Shown here in pieces: positions 35,514 to 37,962 of a stretch of DNA of 37,962 nucleotides (its first letter is position 1; each line of letters opens with the position of its first letter). The stretch spans positions 1 through 37,962 of the forward strand of contig JAEWNM010000041.1 in NCBI GenBank assembly GCA_023392755.1. Reading direction: 5' to 3'. The position numbers were made by a program, and so were the translations under genes. The DNA is from Bacillota bacterium (GTDB taxonomy: Bacteria > Bacillota > Clostridia > Christensenellales > Aristaeellaceae). The notes beneath the pieces are model-generated. The model was not told the origin of the DNA and made no database searches. It was given only the letters and a program-made list of their open reading frames with translations.

Positions 35514-36518
35514 TCACTGCTTAAAGATGCACATAAACAGCGCGCCGTCCTGGGCACTTGCCTCCACCCTTATGGGGAAGTCATAGTCATTGCGTATGAC
35601 CAGGTTCAGGCTGTCGTTGCCCACCGCCGCATCCACCCCATGGGGCAAATAGCTGGCCCCGGCTGGACCATGGGGACGGCGATACAGCACGGTGATGTTG
35701 GGCAGCTGCAGCAGGGCGTTGTAAAATGTGGAGGATACCTGGCAGGTGCCCCCGCCATAGCCCGGCTGGGCCTTGCCATTGATCAGCACCGGAGCTTGCA
35801 TGTATCCGACGCTCCTGTTGTACGGCCCGATCTGCCCATTGAAATCCAATTCCTCTCCCGGCGCGATTACCCGGCTGAGCCTTTGGCAGGCGACAACAAT
35901 ATTCTTCATCCGGCCAATGTTGGATTCTGTATCAATCACCCTGTAAAAGGAGGTAAATGCCGCTATAGGTGTTTCGCCGCTTACAGGCGTGTCTGTAGGC
36001 GATACAGGCGTCAGGTCCTTCAATAAACGGGTATCCACATAAGCGTAGGCGCGCCAATAGGGAATCCTCGCCCAGCCGTCGGTGATGTCCAGTATGCTTA
36101 GCTTCGCCCCCGCTTGCAGTGTTACAAAAGCCTCCGCATCCGCCTGCGGTGCATGCAGCACAGGGGTCACATCCGCCGTCACCGCCATAAACGTATGCTT
36201 GAAAACGCCATAGGGCGGCGTGTTTTGGGGATCTATCGGCGTAACCTTGTGAATGCGCGTGCGCACCAGGTACCCGGTCTCCCCTCCATAGCGGACCTTT
36301 ACCCATTCTGGATCAACGCCCAGAATTTCCACCGTTTTCCCCTTGGGGATACGGGCCAGTATCTTTGCCGTTTCGCTGGCCTGCGCGCGCATAATGCAGC
36401 CGTCATAAGCAGTCAGCGCCGTATAAAGCGGCTGCTCCGCGGCCAGCCCGGAAGGCAGGACGCCTATAAGCAACACCATTGCCGCAAGCCCGGCAAACAG
36501 CCTTTTCCAGAATAACAT
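35514..36518 (-). CDS. VanW family protein with N-terminal SH3-like domains
   Basis: Signal peptide, two SH3b-like segments (MRAQASETAKILARIPKGKTVEILG; HAPQADAEAFVTLQAGAKLSILD) and VanW core GYGGGTCQVSSTFYNALL. RBS AAGGAG. Confidence 0.8.
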   Translation of the reverse strand: MLFWKRLFAGLAAMVLLIGVLPSGLAAEQPLYTALTAYDGCIMRAQASETAKILARIPKGKTVEILGVDPEWVKVRYGGETGYLVRTRIHKVTPIDPQNTPPYGVFKHTFMAVTADVTPVLHAPQADAEAFVTLQAGAKLSILDITDGWARIPYWRAYAYVDTRLLKDLTPVSPTDTPVSGETPIAAFTSFYRVIDTESNIGRMKNIVVACQRLSRVIAPGEELDFNGQIGPYNRSVGYMQAPVLINGKAQPGYGGGTCQVSSTFYNALLQLPNITVLYRRPHGPAGASYLPHGVDAAVGNDSLNLVIRNDYDFPIRVEASAQDGALFMCIFKQ

Positions 36519-36613
36519 GGGGCAGTCTCCTTTAACCTATGTTTCCAGTTTGATTATACCATCCTTTTCCTTCCGGGCGCAAGCAGCGCGGCCTGGTTTT
36601 ACATACCGCACGC

Positions 36614-36633
36614 TTTGTCAGATTTTTGACAAA
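36614..36633. promoter_or_regulatory. Inverted repeat TTTGTCA-N6-TGACAAA upstream of fba (candidate Rex/Crp-Fnr-type operator)
   Basis: Perfect 7-bp arms about 35 nt upstream of the -10 element. The half-site TGTCA/TGACA resembles TGTGA-N6-TCACA-type boxes. Confidence 0.35.
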
Positions 36634-36667
36634 TGCGGACTGAAAGCTGTTCAAAAAAGAAAACCTC

Positions 36668-36676
36668 TGCTATAAT
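36668..36676 (+). promoter_or_regulatory. Extended -10 promoter element of fba
   Basis: TGCTATAAT, about 30 nt upstream of the ATG at 36707. Only a weak -35 (TTCAAA, 15-nt spacer). Confidence 0.5.
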
Positions 36677-36706
36677 AAGCTGAAATGACGCAAGGAGGGT
36701 TTGTAC

Positions 36707-37636
36707 ATGCCACTTGTCAACACAAAGGAATTATTTCAAAAGGCGTACGCGGGCGGCTATGCCATTGGCGCCTTTAACGTCAACAATATGGAAATCATAC
36801 AGGGAATTACCGAGGGCGGAAAAATGGAAAACGCGCCCCTGATCCTGCAGGTTTCTGCCGGCGCCCGCAAATATGCCAAGCATGTCTATCTGATGAAAAT
36901 GATCGAGGCCGCCCTTTTGGATACCGACCTGCCGCTGGTTGTGCATCTGGATCACGGCCCCGACTTTGAAACCTGCAAAAGCTGCATCGACGGCGGTTTC
37001 ACCAGCGTTATGATCGACGGCAGCCACCTCACCTTTGAAGAAAATATCGCCGTCACGAAAAAAGTAGTGGAATATGCTCATGACCGCAACGTAACGGTGG
37101 AGGGCGAGCTTGGCCGCCTGGCCGGTGTGGAGGACGCCGTTGCCGTAAGCGACGATGACGCCCGCTACACCGATCCCGCCGAGGTGGAGGAATTCGTTTC
37201 CCGCACCGGCGTTGACAGCCTCGCCATCGCCATCGGCACCAGCCACGGCGCATTCAAGTTTAAGGGCGAGCCCCGCCTGCGCTTTGACATACTGGAAAAG
37301 GTGGCGCAAAAGCTGCCCGGCTTCCCCATCGTGCTCCACGGCGCCTCCTCCGTCATCCCCGAGCATGTGGAAATGATCAACAAATTCGGCGGTGATATGC
37401 CCGGCGCCCAGGGTGTGCCCGAAACCATGCTTCGCCAGGCCGCACAGATGGCGGTTTGCAAAATCAACATAGACAGCGACCTGCGCCTGGCCTTTACCGC
37501 AGTGCTCCGCAAGCACTTTGCAGAGCACCCCGACCACTTCGATCCCCGCCAGTATCTGACCGATGCCCGCACCGCGCTTCGCGAAATGGTACGCCACAAA
37601 ATCGTGAACGTTCTGGGCTGCAGCGGCAAAGCATAA
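36707..37636 (+). CDS. fba: Class II fructose-1,6-bisphosphate aldolase
   Basis: GYAIGAFNVNNME, LILQVSAGARKY, VVHLDHG, SVMIDGSHL, VEGELG, LAIAIGTSHGAFKF and IVLHGASS. RBS AAGGAGGG lies before the ATG at 36707. Confidence 0.92.
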   Translation: MPLVNTKELFQKAYAGGYAIGAFNVNNMEIIQGITEGGKMENAPLILQVSAGARKYAKHVYLMKMIEAALLDTDLPLVVHLDHGPDFETCKSCIDGGFTSVMIDGSHLTFEENIAVTKKVVEYAHDRNVTVEGELGRLAGVEDAVAVSDDDARYTDPAEVEEFVSRTGVDSLAIAIGTSHGAFKFKGEPRLRFDILEKVAQKLPGFPIVLHGASSVIPEHVEMINKFGGDMPGAQGVPETMLRQAAQMAVCKINIDSDLRLAFTAVLRKHFAEHPDHFDPRQYLTDARTALREMVRHKIVNVLGCSGKA

Positions 37637-37672
37637 ATGCTTTAGCCCACTGCATATCAATCGCGGACCAAT

Positions 37673-37711
37673 AGGCACTTTGGGATTTTGCGTCCCGAAG
37701 TGCCTGTTTTT
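37673..37711 (+). terminator. Intrinsic terminator of fba
   Basis: AGGCACTTTGGGA-ttttgcg-TCCCGAAGTGCCT (13-bp stem with one G-U) followed by GTTTTT. Confidence 0.8.
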
Positions 37712-37794
37712 ATGCGCCGGTGCATTCCCGTGCCCCAATCCAAAATCCGGCTCTTTCGCAAAGTCTATGGCTGGCTCCCCGCCAACCTCGGACT

Positions 37795-37962
37795 ATCAAA
37801 AAACCCAGGGAGGTATCGGAGGGCCGAAGCCCTCTGATTCTAGATCGCAAACCAGCGACATGTGCGGTGAGTGAGGTGAGCGCTGCCAGTGGCAGCAAAG
37901 GGCGAACCGAACGAATCAACCGAAACAAGCGGCTGTAAGCCGCGCCGATTGAGGTTGCGGAG
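37795..37962 (+). repeat. Copy C of the multi-hairpin repeat (left part plus an extra internal module of about 84 nt; cut by the window edge)
   Basis: 37795-37869 match 28185-28259 (5 mismatches in 75). Then comes an insertion with its own hairpins (GCTGCC-agt-GGCAGC, GCGGCT-gta-AGCCGC). GGTTGCG at 37953-37959 then re-joins the consensus (GGTTTGCGA in copy B). Confidence 0.8.

Noticed and set aside
37861-37962. GTGCG at 37863 as a possible group II intron 5-prime end (class C introns insert after terminators)
   Set aside because: The complete copy B is only about 204 nt. No domain V-like GAGC...GAAA...hairpin or reverse transcriptase ORF is visible, and GTGCG lies inside, not at the end of, the repeat.

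Overview
This looks like a chromosomal segment from a high-GC Firmicute, probably Clostridia/Oscillospiraceae-like (inferred from gene content and AGGAGG-type RBSs; no search was run). I support about 38 protein genes, mostly housekeeping or accessory metabolism and regulation. In order they are:
- a TetR plus HxxxD acyltransferase operon, divergent from two CotF-type spore coat genes;
- a cobalamin riboswitch with its terminator, driving a BtuFCD-like ABC importer;
- a frameshifted C45/Ntn hydrolase;
- an ECF sigma/anti-sigma pair;
- HelD, followed by a serine-less ACP-like gene and an alpha/alpha-toroid repeat gene;
- a truncated KdpD/KdpE pair directly upstream of TPR-trkA-trkA-(34-aa peptide)-trkH (trkH frameshifted);
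- CorA;
- an EamA transporter divergent from a MocR regulator;
- a receiver-only Spo0A-like gene;
- an OmpR/HK pair divergent from a DUF2202 gene;
- a PhnB-like VOC protein and a beta-rich hypothetical protein;
- sn-glycerol-1-phosphate dehydrogenase, a YczE-like membrane protein and aconitase;
- a CHAP hydrolase, SfsA, VanW and class II aldolase.

No rRNA, tRNA, CRISPR array, transposase or recognisable defence system was seen.

The most unusual signal is a non-coding repeat of about 200-290 nt built from five or more hairpins. It occurs three times: truncated at both window edges, and complete at 28185-28388. The copies differ by compensatory stem substitutions and G-C/G-U switches. One copy carries a structured insertion of about 84 nt in the loop of a conserved helix. 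The complete copy is flanked by a 32-nt duplication of a terminator hairpin. I cannot assign it to any family from memory.

Many long ORFs in the six-frame track are antisense shadows of real genes in this GC-rich DNA and were rejected. All coordinates and counts were derived by hand.
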